The notes: generated by a model from the sequence alone, not told the origin. A stretch of 63,866 bases of DNA, filler included, from 8 parts of 8 records of this genome joined end to end with filler, not necessarily neighbours in it; one strand, 5' to 3'. Shown: positions 22,189 to 34,780, counted from the whole stretch's first letter. Made by a program: numbers and translations.

Positions 22189-25100
22189 ATGTCGGGCTTC
22201 AAATCATTGCCGCAGCAAGAGGAAGGCGACGCAGGAGAGCCGGCTGCTGCCGCTGCTACTGCTGTTGTTGCTGGGGAGGCCCAGGCGTTGATATCGCCCA
22301 CGAATGGCCAATTTCCAGGCCAACATGGCGTGCTGCCTGCTCCTTACCTCGCAAACGCAGCCGTGCTGGCGGACGAGTCACCGTCATTGACCTCGTTCTC
22401 CGGGGCGCCACTGCTGCTGAACTTGGCAGTCACGGGGCTCTACTTCACAGCGGCGTTCTGCGCGTTTCAAGACGTGTACGACACGGTCACCAAGGTTGCC
22501 TCGGTGGTGCTGCTGCTCTGGATCCCCGTAGGGCGACTTCTCGGCGTGTACTTGTTCTCTGGTGGCGCGGGCGCCCAGAACCAGGGTCCTGCGTTCACGA
22601 GCATGATGCGGAATGTGCTGCTCAGGTGGCAGGCGGCGTTCGCGCTGCTCGCCTCCGCTTACGTCGTGCTCACCAGCACCCTTGCTGGCGTGTTTGCATC
22701 GTCAGAGTCAGGTAAGGCCATGCTCTGTGCCGCGTGGCTGCACTCTCATGGTCAGTTTGGTTGGGCCCCCACTTAATATGTGTCTGTGTGTGTGTGTGCG
22801 TATATTTGCGTGGCCCTTGCAGACACAGCTTTCTACATTTCCATGGCGTGGGGATCGCTTCGCATGCAGCTGTGCCTGGTGCTTGCCAGCGTGGCCGAGG
22901 TCATTTTGTATCGCCGACATTTGCGCGAGTCCCACCGCGGAATCCCGCACGGCTCACACTCGACACTTTACTGGGTCATTCCGACCACGCAAATCCTAGC
23001 TGCTGCAGCCTTGACATTCGCAGTGGTTTGTTTTGCTTGAATCAGCTTGTTTGATGTGACGTGCTTCGCGAAAGCTGTGCTCCCTTGTAACATCCTTCCT
23101 CCCTGTCGGCTTTGCAGGTTCGCAGCGCAAACTCACTCGTTGCTGCCCCATACACAGTCTCGAGCGGCTTGGTGAGTGTTTTGGACTGCACACGCTTTCG
23201 CTCTTCGAGTGGATATGGTTGCAGGTGATTGTAGTCACCTGCCTGAACCCTTCACTGCTCGTGTGGCAGGTCACCGATTTGCACGTCAATGTGTCGGCAT
23301 TTCTCCCCAACACGGGTCGGCAAGAATGGGTGTGTGAACAGCACAAAGCAGTCCTCAACTTCTCCACTCGGCAAAATCTTCCACGGTTCGTCTTCCCTTC
23401 AAGATGTTGCACGAACCTGGGCCGTGGGAGTGACGGCGGGATTGGGTGGTAGTCGCTGCGATTGTGGCCTGTTTTTTTCCGCGCTGCGTTGTGGTTGTGT
23501 CTGATGTCCTTGACATGTTGCTCAGATACACCGCCGAGCATCCAACCGTAGATTTTCATCTTCCAGTGTCCAGCGAAAATTCAATGTATTCGCCCAGCAA
23601 AGCGTGGAAGGGCTCGGATATCGAGTCGACATTCATTGACCAGTTCACTCAATGGACGAAGGATGTTCGTTTTGCGGCTAGTTTGAAGCTGTGTGTTTTG
23701 TTGATTGCACAGAGGTGGCCGTGGTTGACACCTGCTGTGATACTGTGGTACAGGAAGAGCTGCTGACCGCCCGAATCACGATGGACGAAATCGGAACGCG
23801 GGTGCGCCTCTTTGTTGTCTTTTGCAGTCGCATTGGGTCTTACACGCTTGCCTGCTTGAATTGTCATACCCTTTTTCATGCCATTCCACAGTTGTGTAAT
23901 TTCCTCGATCGGCCCGCCATCAGCCCGCTCGCCAAAAAGCTTGGCGCCAACGGTCTCATCGCGACGATCATGCCGCTTCAGAACCTCGCACAGGGGGCGA
24001 ACCTCCCGCATGCGCTTGGGTGCTGTCTTGTTAAGCGCGTGTGGAACGTGTACAAATTCGACCGACTTGATTTTGAGCATCATCAAGGTGAGCCGGCACC
24101 CATAGGAATAAAATTGACCGTGAATATGTAATCTTCGGGTTGTTTTGGCAAAACAGTCCTTGAAAACTGACACAGCACTGTTTTGCTCAGGAACGAGCTT
24201 TTTGTCTGAGATCATCTTCAACCAGACGGAGTTCACAGCCCCTTTGTTCGCCCCAATGCACGGTGCATTGTGGACGTACCTCGGTCTTGCTAAGATCGAT
24301 GATCCAGAGGAGGTTCGCCGCGTGCACGCGCCACCAAGACATTCAAAGCGTTGAGAATCAGAGCTATTCCACGACACTTTCTTGTTGCTTGTGCGGCTGT
24401 CCGTATGTCTTCGGTAGGCCTGGAACGTTGCGCACGAAGGTTTTTGCCAAACGCTAATTGATCAAGGAGTGCAGCAAACTGCCGCGTACTCTGGATGCAT
24501 CCACGGTCTAGGGCACGGGGCCTGGATGTCCTTTAAAGAATTGCGCAAGGCGTTGGCTGTCTGCACAGCTGCACCGTCTCGCGACCTGGGCTACAATTGC
24601 GCTACCGGTTCGACACATTTTCTCGTACGATTCACAGCAAAAGCACAAATTTTGCAGCAGTAGGCTCACATGCTTGTTGTGGCCGTGGTACTGTGCATGC
24701 CAGGCGTCTACCATTCATTGCAACAGTCTGGCACAGGCTCACCATACGTGAACTCGGAGATAGATGTCGTGGCAATGGCAAAGACGGGTAAGCAAATGCG
24801 CATTCAATCCGGCACTCGGTGCACGCTTTCTTACCTTGGTCTGACAACCGTCTGCCTTGCCTGTCCGTTGTTTGTAGGCGAAGTGTTTTTTCCTTGCTCC
24901 GCAACTCCAGATGTCAATGATTTTCTGGCTTCTTGCTTTTTCCGGTTTGTAAGCCTGCCGCGACACTGCTCCTTTGTTGCCCCGCAATCTGAGCGTGGGT
25001 TACTTTTTTCTTGAACAACGCCGCCCGGTTTCGATGCCAGGTATTCCAAGGGTTACTGGAAAACCATTGACATGCGGCAGACTGGTCTTGCGCAGCGGTT

Positions 25101-26672
25101 CCACGTCTGTGAGTTTTTTATTTGAGTTTGCATTGTCTGGAACGTTTCGCGTGTTGCCTTGAAGATATTACTTGTGTTTCGATGCTGCTCCGGAAACCAC
25201 TTGTTTATGTGTGACGTGTTCGGTTGTTGAAATGGTAGCCTCGAGCGGTGCGGACCGGTCTGGTGTGTGCGAGTCTGTGCAAGGGCCCTTTGACTCGATT
25301 CAGGTCAGCATCGCACGCTCGGACCTGGATTTTGGCGAGTTGTTTGTGCAAGCACGACTTGGGTTGTGTGCAACCTTGACGCGGTTGTTGTTTTTTCCTT
25401 TTCCAGGGTGCCATTTCTAGCCGTCGTGACCATCCAATCAAGGACGCTGAGCTGCTTCATCAGACTGAAGTCCGAAGGGCCCTTGAGCTGGAGCCATCAG
25501 CCGTGCTCCGAGCATGGCCAAGACGGAATATGGCCAATGCGGACGCGGGAGTGGAAGAACCTCAGGTGGCGAAGTCGCATACGAAAGTTGCGAAATCACA
25601 GTCGCATAAACAGCGGTCTGATGGCAGCAGAAACAGCACGGTTAGCGTCGGATTTGGCGAGGAGGGCAGTGTGGTCGCTAACTCAATTAGTCAAGCAGCC
25701 GATGTGCTGGATGCGTCGTCGTCAGAGGACGGAGAGCGAACACGCCGAGTAAGTTGTTGTCGGCGGCGAAGCTGCGCTTTTGAAAATTGCGTCCTGTGCC
25801 TGATGATATTTGTTCTGGAGAGCAGGGCGTAATGCCGAGCGCGTTTTTTTTTTCTGCACAGATGTCTCGAGCGCTTGCGCGAAGGGCGTGTGCCTGGAGC
25901 GACTCCACTCTCAGCTCGAAGAAGAAGCCGCCTCGACGGGGTGGGTTTGGTTCGGGTGGTTGTTTTGTCGGATTATTGCCCCCGTGTCTTCAGGCCGTTT
26001 CTTTAGGCTCGCTGCATGGTTGGTTTGGTTTTTTGTGACCAGGCCGTGGCCATGGAAAGAGCAAGGGGAGCACAGCTGACACTGGACAAGCGACAGAGAC
26101 CGAACTCATGGGGGCCGTTTGCAACGGGTACCGAACAAATGCGCTTCTGGATTTCAATCGATACTTTGATTGGCTCGCTTGCCTGGTCGGTCTGTTTCAG
26201 AACGGTGCCGTTCGGTGCGTTTGTAGAAACCTAGGCGTTAGTTTCCGGATGCAACAACCTTCTGCATGTTGTGTACCCACGGCCATATGTGCATAATGTG
26301 CTTCCCGACTGTGCACTGAATGAAACCACAGATATCATGAAGAAGTTCCGAGATGTTCTTACCTGGACCAGTACTCAAGTCTCTGCCAGGTGTGCATTTT
26401 TTCAGTTGACATAGTTGTTGCTGCAGTGAAAAGGGAGTTTGACAAAATCGCTTGGCGTTGGCACTCGGCTTTGACGGTTGCTGGTGAAATGTATGTACTC
26501 TGTGTAGGACATCACTGACTTGTCTGACATCATTGCCGGTGGAAACACTGCCGTGTCGGAAAAGTTTCAGTCAATGAGCGATCTCAGCCAGTATGCGTTT
26601 GATGTGTGCCTGCTCGCCGCCAAGGTTCAAGGAACGTTTATGCCTGAACTCCTTGACTTTTTCCAAGAGTAA
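22189..26672 (+). CDS. Uncharacterised protein: N-terminal multi-pass membrane region plus Cys/His-motif domain, about 18 exons
   Basis: Manual GT-AG splicing (first intron 22712-22822) gives a continuous frame with about 5 hydrophobic helices, then PHALGCC, PMHGALW, CIHGLGHG, ALAVC, YNCATGVYH, ending ...LLDFFQE*; 3' exons less certain. Confidence 0.65.
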
Positions 26673-26733
26673 CAAATGTTGACATTGAGGCTGTGGCATC
26701 GATAATGGATTAAATGAGCCTTCGAAGTGTGTC

Positions 26734-29700
26734 TCAACGCCTGCCAAAAGGCGAGCCCCCCATGCCACCACGGAAAAACATGTTGAACATATCTGCGTTC
26801 ATCCCGCCACCGCGAGAACCTTCACACACAAGGAAACGAAACTTCAGCAAAAACAGCTGCGGCGGGGCGCACGTTGTCTGCAACACCAACACAAAACAGC
26901 ACGCGCAGAAATGCTTATTGCCAGCGCACCGTAGTCTGGGCCATCCAAGTCGTCCTCGCCCGCATCGTATCGCCGCCGCTTCTTGGGGTCACTCAACACC
27001 GAGAAAGCCTCGTTGACATCCTTCATCATTGCAGTGGCCTGTCACCGAACAAAGCAATGATGAGAGTCACGTGCTGTGTGAATAACCACATGGGCGGTAA
27101 AAAATCCAATGACTACCCGAGCGCGGGGGAGCGGTAGGCAACGTATTTGTACCTTTGCCTGTTCTTCCGCTCCCTTGCTGGCCCATTTGTCGGGATGCCA
27201 TAGCAAGGCCTTTTTGCGTTTGGCCTGCAATCAAAAGAAAAAACAAAAAAAAACGAACGCGAGCCGGTCAAGGGGAGGCCAATGTGGCAACAATAGCCCT
27301 CCAACACAATTCAGAACGTTGCCACGCACCTTGCTGAGTTCTTGCTCCGTAAAATTGCTTGACACGCCAAGAATTTTGTAGTAGTCTTTGCCTTCACGCA
27401 AAGTTAGAAGAACGCAGCGTCCGCCACAAGAACTGATGAGTGAACAACAACATGAACACATCGGCCACACGGAGAAGTTGTGCAACACCACGTACGATTG
27501 GCACGCTTGATGCGAGTGTTCAATTGTTGGACTTTGCGATCCACTTCATCAGTGCTCTACAAGTACGTTGCAAACAAAAAAAAAAAATGCAGGGCTTTCA
27601 GCAGCTGGATCGCAAACTTGGCTGCAAAAAATCGGTTTCAGGTCAGCAATGCACCTTTTTGCCCTGGGTCAGGATAGTGCGCGTCGTGTGGAGGTCGCTG
27701 ACGGCTTTCTGCAGTTCCCCCATTTCCTCGTAGCAAATGGCCCGGCGCTGGTACGCCTGTAAGAACAATCAGGCACCTCCAGAAAGTAAGAGGCAGTGTA
27801 CAAAAAAAAAAACAACAATGCGAAACAACAAAAACCACTGGTACAAGCGAGGCTCGAATACGTGCCTTCAAGTATGTTGAGTCAAGGTGGATCGCATACG
27901 TGCAATCTTGGCAGGCCGCTTGGAATTTTCTCTTCTTCATCTGAGCAGCAGCTCGGTTGCAGTACCTGCAGGGGAGAACAACGTGTTGCTCGCGGTGAAA
28001 GCACTGCCCAGGAAAAATCAAGCCACCCAACTTTCCAACAAGTGGTGGTGTTGGCAGCGGGAAGAGCTCTTACAGTTGTGCATTGAAGGTTTTGAGCTCG
28101 GGATCAAACTGGAGGCACTCCGTGTACGCCTGGATGGCCGCGTCCCACTGGCCTGCTTTGAATGCCTGTACCACAGCAATATTCTCTGACTCATTAATCC
28201 GACAAACGATGTACAATGGACATACTACATCGTGCAGATCCGCGAAGCCGCGCTTGTATTGGTTCGCAGATAAAAACACGTGAGCATCGTGCATTTTACT
28301 CACATCGTTGCCTTTAGCTTTGGTTTTGGTGAGCTTGCGCAGGCGCTTCAGCAGTAACTGCGAGTCCTTGTGATCCGGATCTGCGCGAAGCACCTGCAGG
28401 GGGCGTCCAGAGTGAAGCAAACAGCGTTGTGTGAATATCGACCAAAAGTGCGTGCGTTGACGGGGCAAGCTGCATGCTTGGTCGCGAAGCAGGGCGATTC
28501 TTGCACTTACTTCCGCAAGGTGCTTCTTGGCTGACTCAAAGTTGTTTTGCAAGTAGAAGCAGTGCGCGCGCTCCGTCAGGACATCGTTGTTGCGGATACC
28601 GTTGCGCACCATCATGGAAGACACTTTGATTGCCTGTAACACCGACCAAGCCATTTGCCATTTTAACGTACAATGTAAAAGCACCACCGAACAGCAGGTT
28701 AGCCGTTGGTACGGATTGACGAGCCTGGTCCAGCAGGCCTCGGCCACGAAGCGCTTTCAGTTGGAGGGTTTGCAAAACCTCCGATTGCGGGGCTGCAGTC
28801 AGGGCGTGCTGAATAGTCTGATAAGCATCAGAATACCTGAAAACACGAGGACGAGCGCAGTAAAAACGGTCGCACGTCAATGACAAAACAGACGGCTCCA
28901 TGCCACGGGCGCAACGCACTTTTTCTGCTCGACCAGTCGTGCGCCAAGCGTGATGGCGTTTTCCACAGTTCGAATTTTCCGCAACAAGTCCAAAGCTTCA
29001 CGACTGCAGGTGTGCAAGAAAGCACGCAGCTGGCTCGTAAGGCATGGACATATCAACCAGACGAGCGAAACAACATGGCGTTCCATTTGCTTCGAGACCT
29101 CAACACAGCAGTTACAAGTACAAACTTACTGGCGAGGATCGCGCACGGTCAATTTGGAGCACACAGAGCGTGCGTCCTCTGTGCGGCCTTGGCGAAGCAA
29201 GAAAGTCGCCTTGCGAACCATCGCGCGCTGAAAGGTTGGGTCAATCTCCAACGCTTTGTCGCAATCAGCAATAGCCTGCGCACGGCACCACAACACCAAC
29301 CAAATCATCGGGCACCGAACACCAAGACAAGGGGACTGCAAGAACAACCAATGGCCCGGCGCTGGTACGCCAAGGAAAATGCACCAGGCGTGCTGCATAC
29401 AAAGTCCACTGGCACAATTCTCTCTTCGCCCAAGCGGAATGCCGCCAGCTACAACGAGTCAAGCGCCAAATGCGACGCACCAGCTTGAGCTGCTGCTGCA
29501 TTCCGTACGCAGCCGCACGGTTCGAGTAGAAGGCAGCGACATCGTCGCGCACAGCGATTGCCCGCGTGTAGGCGTCGATTGCCTGGCGGTATTTCTTCTC
29601 GCCGAAAAAAGTGTTGCCCTGCTGCTTCAGCGAGTCCGCCCATTCCTCGCGCGTCATCTTCCGCGACGACCCGTCTTCGCACTCGGAAGAAGTGGACTCT

Positions 29701-29777
29701 TCCTCCTCCTCTTCCTCCGAGTCAGAGTGCTCCGAGACATCGTCGCTGTCTCGATTGTTGTCTTCAGCAGCGCTCAT
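26734..29777 (-). CDS. DNAJC7/TPR2-like co-chaperone (TPR repeats + J domain), about 14 exons
   Basis: KQQGNTFF..YSNRAAAY TPR, KGNDAFKAG, YCNRAAA, KDYYKILGV, WHPDK, EAFSVLSDPKKRRRYD, G/F/M-rich tail; two GC-AG introns. Confidence 0.9.
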
Positions 29778-29824
29778 GATTGGACGTACGGTCTGGTGGC
29801 GGTCCAGATACGGGTGTGAACAAT

Positions 29825-29853
29825 GTCGTCGTCGTCGTCGTTGTTGTTGTTGT
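29825..29853. repeat. (GTC)n/(GTT)n microsatellite upstream of the DNAJC7-like gene at contig end
   Basis: Directly visible. Confidence 0.95.
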
Positions 29854-29953
29854 NNNNNNNNNNNNNNNNNNNNNNNNNNNNNNNNNNNNNNNNNNNNTTA
29901 ATTAATTAANNNNNNNNNNNNNNNNNNNNNNNNNNNNNNNNNNNNNNNNNNNN
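29854..29953. other. Artificial contig linker
   Basis: N-run + TTAATTAATTAA + N-run. Confidence 0.99.
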
Positions 29954-30326
29954 GCAGGTCTTCCTGCTCGGAAATCGACATGATGATGGATTTGAGCGCG
30001 ATGATTTCGGCGACGATATCGCGGATTTCTTCGCGCGCGGCGACCTGATCCATGGTCGCAAGCTGGCTGAGATCGATACTGTCGATCAGCGCATTGAAAA
30101 TCGCCGACTTGGTGTGGAAATACTCCTTGTCGCGCTGGGCCTCGGCAGGTGCGCGCACGTCAACGACTTCTTCCCCACGCAGGCGCGAGGCCATGGAGTC
30201 GCTATCAGCTGACCGGCGCGCCGGTGCCGCGGGAACTTCGGCCCGTGGCGGCGGGCTCTGCACCGGACGCGCGGCTTCGCCGACGCCGGGGGTGTTGCCG
30301 CCAAAACTGGTGCGCTTGCCAAACAT
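29954..30326 (-). CDS. cpaF: Tad pilus assembly ATPase CpaF/TadA, 5' part
   Basis: MFGKR start, KSAIFNALIDSIDLSQL...AREEIRDIV; follows cpaE. Confidence 0.88.
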
Positions 30327-30360
30327 AGTCATCCTACCGTTTCAGGCTGCCGATGGTCGG

Positions 30361-31632
30361 TCAGGCCCGCTTCTTGAGGAACGAAGGCAGCTTCATCAGG
30401 CTTCCTGACTTGCCTCCGACATGCGCCGCCTGCCGACCTGTTACCTGCATGCCGATGGCGCGATAAATCTCGTTGATCTTGTTGTTGGCAGCGACCTCGG
30501 CGATCATCTGACCATTATTAGCCGCCGTGCCGAACAGGGCCGCGTCAAACTGCAGCTGACCGATCAGTTCGCATTCGATCGAGCTGGCAAATTCGCCAGG
30601 GCTGATCTCGGGGCGACGTGGCAGACCGACCTTGTTGAGGACCAGCGAAGGCGGATTCTCGGTCGGCCGCAGCGCCTTGATTGTGTCTGCCAGATTCTTG
30701 GCATTGCGCAGATTGGCCAGGTCGGGCTCGGCCACGATGACAACTTCATCAATGGTCGCCAGCGTATGGCGTACCCAGGCGTTCCAGGCGTGCGGAATAT
30801 CGAGCACCACAACCGGCATGGTGTTCTGACACATTTCGATGATCTGCTCGAACTCGCGCTCTTCGAAATCGAAGGTGTGGTCGAGCGTGACGGGTGCGGT
30901 CAGCAGGTTGATATGGCTGGCGGCCTTGCTCATCAGGCGGTCCAGCATGGTCTGATCGACCTTCTGGTTGGCCGTTACGGCATCGGCCAGACCGTGTGGC
31001 GGGTCCTGATTGAAATTGAGCCCGGCAGTGCCAAACGCCAGATCCATATCGAGGATCAGGCTGTCCTGACGTAGCGCGGTTGCGATGGCCCAGGTCACAT
31101 TGTGCGCGACAGTTGAACCACCCGCGCCACCCTTGGCCGACACAAAGCCCACGGTGCGCCCGATAGGGGCAGCATTCTCGGAGGCAAACAGCTCGGTGAT
31201 GGCCGACACGATCTGGCTGGCCGTTGCAGGCAGCACAATATATTCGGAAATGCCCGACCGGACGAGATCGCGATAGAGCAGCACGTCATTGACGTGACCC
31301 AACACGACCACACGGGTGGAGGCATCGCAGACCTCAGCCAGCTTTTCGAGGGCGCCGAGCATCATGTCGGGCGCGAGCGTGCTCTCGACCACTATCAGAT
31401 TGGGCGTGGGGTTGGATTTGTAGGTTTCGACGGCCCCGTCAATGCCACCATTGTGTGTGGTCAGTGCGACCTTGGACATGCGGCGGTCATGAATGGCGCT
31501 TTCGACCAGCTGGGCAGTCTGGGAGTGTTCGCAGAATGCCTGGATGGTGATACGCGGAATGAGCCGAGCACCGGTCGCAATCTCTGCTGCCGGCTCATCT
31601 GCCTTCTTGGAATCTGGGGTCAGAAAACTCAT
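30361..31632 (-). CDS. cpaE: Pilus localisation protein CpaE/TadZ (pseudo-receiver + MinD-like ATPase)
   Basis: PRITIQAFCE, TPNLIVVE, GHVNDVLLYR, AKGGAGGST, DMDLAFGT. Confidence 0.93.
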   Translation of the reverse strand: MSFLTPDSKKADEPAAEIATGARLIPRITIQAFCEHSQTAQLVESAIHDRRMSKVALTTHNGGIDGAVETYKSNPTPNLIVVESTLAPDMMLGALEKLAEVCDASTRVVVLGHVNDVLLYRDLVRSGISEYIVLPATASQIVSAITELFASENAAPIGRTVGFVSAKGGAGGSTVAHNVTWAIATALRQDSLILDMDLAFGTAGLNFNQDPPHGLADAVTANQKVDQTMLDRLMSKAASHINLLTAPVTLDHTFDFEEREFEQIIEMCQNTMPVVVLDIPHAWNAWVRHTLATIDEVVIVAEPDLANLRNAKNLADTIKALRPTENPPSLVLNKVGLPRRPEISPGEFASSIECELIGQLQFDAALFGTAANNGQMIAEVAANNKINEIYRAIGMQVTGRQAAHVGGKSGSLMKLPSFLKKRA

Positions 31633-31770
31633 CGAATCTACTCTCCTTGACCGGGGCTGGTACGCTGTCCCCGTTGCCGCTGACCTGACTGTGTCGGATC
31701 AACGGCTCGTCTAAATTGTGTGCCGCAGGGCGTCGTGCTGAAATCGATACTCACTCTTCGCACCTCAGCT

Positions 31771-33189
31771 CTAATCGAGCACAAAGCCCACTGAACCCGA
31801 GAAGCTGCCGCGCATTTCACCGCTGCCGGCGACGCCATAAATGTTCTCAATGCGTCCCAGGAAAATGCCCTCGGCATCACTGGCCACAACCGAGTTGTCG
31901 GTCGGAACCGGGATGGAGTTGGCCGGGCTTGGATTGACCAGATAGGGCGTGACCAAAATGACCAGTTCAGTCTGTTCAGTCTGGAAATCGCGTGAGCGGA
32001 ACAGTGCACCCAGAATGGGAATATTGCCCAGTCCGGGTAGCTGATCGATCTGCTGACGGGAAGATTCCTGCAGCAGACCGCCAATGGCCAGCGTCGTGCC
32101 CGCAGGCAGCTCAACCGAAGTATTGGCCTGGCGCCGCGTCAGCGAACCATCGGTCTGAGGATCAGATACCGAGGTATCGATCTTGAGCGCGATGACATTG
32201 TTGGATTTCACGACTGGCGTAAATTTGAGCTCGACGCCATAGGGCTTGAACAGCACAGAGCGCGTATTGCTGGCGGGATCATAAGTATAATAGGGCAGCT
32301 CTCCACCGGCGAGGAACTCAGCTGGCTGGCCAGAAATCGCCGTGAGCGTGGGCTGTGCGAGAATGCGCAGACCGCCGCGCGACTCCAGCGCACGGATCGC
32401 AGCGTCGATCTGCAGATCACCGATACCGAAACTGCCCGAAGCGCCGTTGCCGGTGAAGGTGGATGGCGTGGAGGTGTTGTTGAAGCTGAGATTGGCGTTG
32501 CCCACACTCAGCGTGCCCGAGAGATTGATGCCGAACTGCTTGGCGACATCGCGCTTCACTTCGGACACTGTCACCTGCAGCATGACCTGCTGCGGGCCGA
32601 TGACATTGATCAGGCTGCCCGTGCCGCCATCTTTGTCGGACAGATCAGCGGCCAGCGATTCCGCCACGGCCTTGTCCTGCGCCGTCAACACCGTACCGGT
32701 GAGCACAAAGTGGGTGACGCCATTAATGGCGTTGTTGGAGAGCGTCTCGACCTTGATATTGGAACCAGGGATCACGCGGGCCAGCGTGGATTCCAACGCG
32801 CGCCCCACCTCGGAAGCAGGTTCGCGCACATCGAGATCGAGCACCGAGATGGTGCGGCCGGCATCATCGATAAAGAACACATTGGTGCTGCCGGCCTGTA
32901 CGCCCTGCAGAATGGCTCGGGTGCGGGTGCGCATGATCGCGGCCGCCACGTTGGGTTGGCTGACCACCACTTCGGCTACGCCGGCGGGCAGGTCCACCAG
33001 CATGGACTTGTTGACCTCAATTTCCACCGACCGGGTCGCGCCGTAGGCAGCAGATGAGATCGTCAATTGGGTCTCACCAGCCGTTACAGGTGCCGTCACA
33101 ATTGCAGCCCCTGCCAGCAGTGCTGCCAAGGCTGGTGCAATGAGCCGGCTGGTCGCGGAACGGGGGAGATGGTTCAAAAACGTCTTCAT
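31771..33189 (-). CDS. cpaC: Tad secretin CpaC/RcpA
   Basis: Signal peptide, QQVMLQVTVSEV, AEFLAGGE, LPGLGNIPILGALFRS, TELVILVTPY. Confidence 0.94.
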   Translation of the reverse strand: MKTFLNHLPRSATSRLIAPALAALLAGAAIVTAPVTAGETQLTISSAAYGATRSVEIEVNKSMLVDLPAGVAEVVVSQPNVAAAIMRTRTRAILQGVQAGSTNVFFIDDAGRTISVLDLDVREPASEVGRALESTLARVIPGSNIKVETLSNNAINGVTHFVLTGTVLTAQDKAVAESLAADLSDKDGGTGSLINVIGPQQVMLQVTVSEVKRDVAKQFGINLSGTLSVGNANLSFNNTSTPSTFTGNGASGSFGIGDLQIDAAIRALESRGGLRILAQPTLTAISGQPAEFLAGGELPYYTYDPASNTRSVLFKPYGVELKFTPVVKSNNVIALKIDTSVSDPQTDGSLTRRQANTSVELPAGTTLAIGGLLQESSRQQIDQLPGLGNIPILGALFRSRDFQTEQTELVILVTPYLVNPSPANSIPVPTDNSVVASDAEGIFLGRIENIYGVAGSGEMRGSFSGSVGFVLD

Positions 33190-33202
33190 ATTCTTCTCCA
33201 CC

Positions 33203-34078
33203 CTACTCGGACCCGTTCTCGGACTGATTGCCCGTCTCGGCGAGCTGCACCTGTCCGGCACTGCCGGCCATCACGCTCTGCTCTTTGCCAAAGCGGAAAA
33301 CGCGCACGGTCTGGTTATTGCTGGGGAGCTGCGCCATGGCATCTTCCCCAAAATCTGCGATTGAGCGCAGCGTGAGGGAGAGTTGGCCCCGGGTTGCTGC
33401 ATTGATCAGGGTTTCGGCCTGACTTGGATTGAGTTCGATTGTGGCGATTGCACCATCATCGAAAGTGATGGGTTGTGGCGTGCCGCCAGCCGCAACGTTT
33501 TCCTCAGACTGGCCGCCGCTGGCACCCACTTCGCCGAGGCGCTTGCCGATGGCAAGGATGCGCACATTGGCCAGGATCACCTCGGAGCGCTCGCCCACTT
33601 CGGTGGCTGTCGTGAGAACCACATCGACATGATCGTTTGGTACGATGAAGCCGCCAGCGCTCGATACGGCGCTGACGCCCACAGAGACACCGCGCATGCC
33701 TGGCGAGAGAACCGCCGACAGGTAACCCTGATCGGCGCTGACCAGCTTGGCCTCGCGGATGGGCTCGCCGGGGAAGAATTCGTAACGGGCCACGGCGCCG
33801 GTCAAGTCTGCCGGGGCATCGGGCATGGCAGAGATGGTCACATAGTCAGCGCGCAGGGCGCCTTCCGGCCAATCCTGCCATTCCACGGTTTCCTGATTGA
33901 GTCTTTCACCAACGCCGATCGGCAATTTGGCGACCAGAACCTGAGTCTTGGCCTCTTCGATAACCTGGGTGACCTGCTGCGGCTCGGGCGCCTGGCCACC
34001 GCCACGCGTGACCAAAAAGGCAGCGAGGCCGCCGGCCACAAGGGCTACTAGCAACAAGATGATACGCGCCGGCTTCAT
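33203..34078 (-). CDS. cpaB: Flp pilus assembly protein CpaB/RcpC
   Basis: TM anchor, SAF domain, PGMRGVSV, GGFIVPNDHVDV, LSLTLRS. Confidence 0.94.
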   Translation of the reverse strand: MKPARIILLLVALVAGGLAAFLVTRGGGQAPEPQQVTQVIEEAKTQVLVAKLPIGVGERLNQETVEWQDWPEGALRADYVTISAMPDAPADLTGAVARYEFFPGEPIREAKLVSADQGYLSAVLSPGMRGVSVGVSAVSSAGGFIVPNDHVDVVLTTATEVGERSEVILANVRILAIGKRLGEVGASGGQSEENVAAGGTPQPITFDDGAIATIELNPSQAETLINAATRGQLSLTLRSIADFGEDAMAQLPSNNQTVRVFRFGKEQSVMAGSAGQVQLAETGNQSENGSE

Positions 34079-34145
34079 GACTCACTCCGGTTGTACTCAG
34101 GGCAACAATGCCCAATTCGACCGAGTGAACCTTGCGCCCAAAGGG

Positions 34146-34195
34146 TCAAAGTTTGGTTAATCGGAGCTTTGCGAACTCAGTTAACAATAAGTAAA
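34146..34195. promoter_or_regulatory. Two CtrA-like boxes upstream of cpaB
   Basis: TCAA-N7-TTAA at 34146-34160 and TTAA-N7-TAAA at 34181-34195, each one mismatch from TTAA-N7-TTAA. Confidence 0.6.
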
Positions 34196-34276
34196 TTTTG
34201 TCGATTTGCGAAAAGCACGCAGCAAGACGCGACGGATACTTTATGTCCGCACGATCAAATTTGAAATATTAAGTAA

Positions 34277-34780
34277 TCAAGCAGCCAACAGTGCGAAAAT
34301 CGCGGAGTTCGCGTAAGTCATCAGCCCTGCAAGGGCCAGCGCGACACCATAAGGAACACCCGACTTGGGGTCACGAAGGCGTTCAAGCCAAGCATAGCGG
34401 GTGAAGATCGGCATGAGCGGCAAGCGACGCAGTCCTAGAATCATCAAGGTGAGCACCCCGCCAAACAGCGCCGAATAGACAAGATAGGGGACAATCAGCG
34501 CGAATCCGAGCCAAAGCGCCGTTGCTGCGGCCAGTTTGGCATCGCCGCCACCAATCCAGCCAAGGGCAAACAGGGCAAAGCCACCACACAGCACCGCCAG
34601 TGCACACAGGACATGCATCCCCAGCAGTTGCAGGGGAAGCTGCACAGCCAGAGCAATGATGAAGAACGCCGCGGTGATTGCCAGCACCAGCTTGTTGGAG
34701 ATCTTCATGGTGAGAACGTCTGACGACGCGGCCAGCGCCATACCGGCGGGAAACAGCAATAGGGCGATGGTGGACAACAT
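34277..34780 (-). CDS. cpaA: Prepilin peptidase CpaA/TadV (A24 family)
   Basis: SD..TMKISN, GGGDAKL, VPYGVALA. Confidence 0.94.
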   Translation of the reverse strand: MLSTIALLLFPAGMALAASSDVLTMKISNKLVLAITAAFFIIALAVQLPLQLLGMHVLCALAVLCGGFALFALGWIGGGDAKLAAATALWLGFALIVPYLVYSALFGGVLTLMILGLRRLPLMPIFTRYAWLERLRDPKSGVPYGVALALAGLMTYANSAIFALLAA

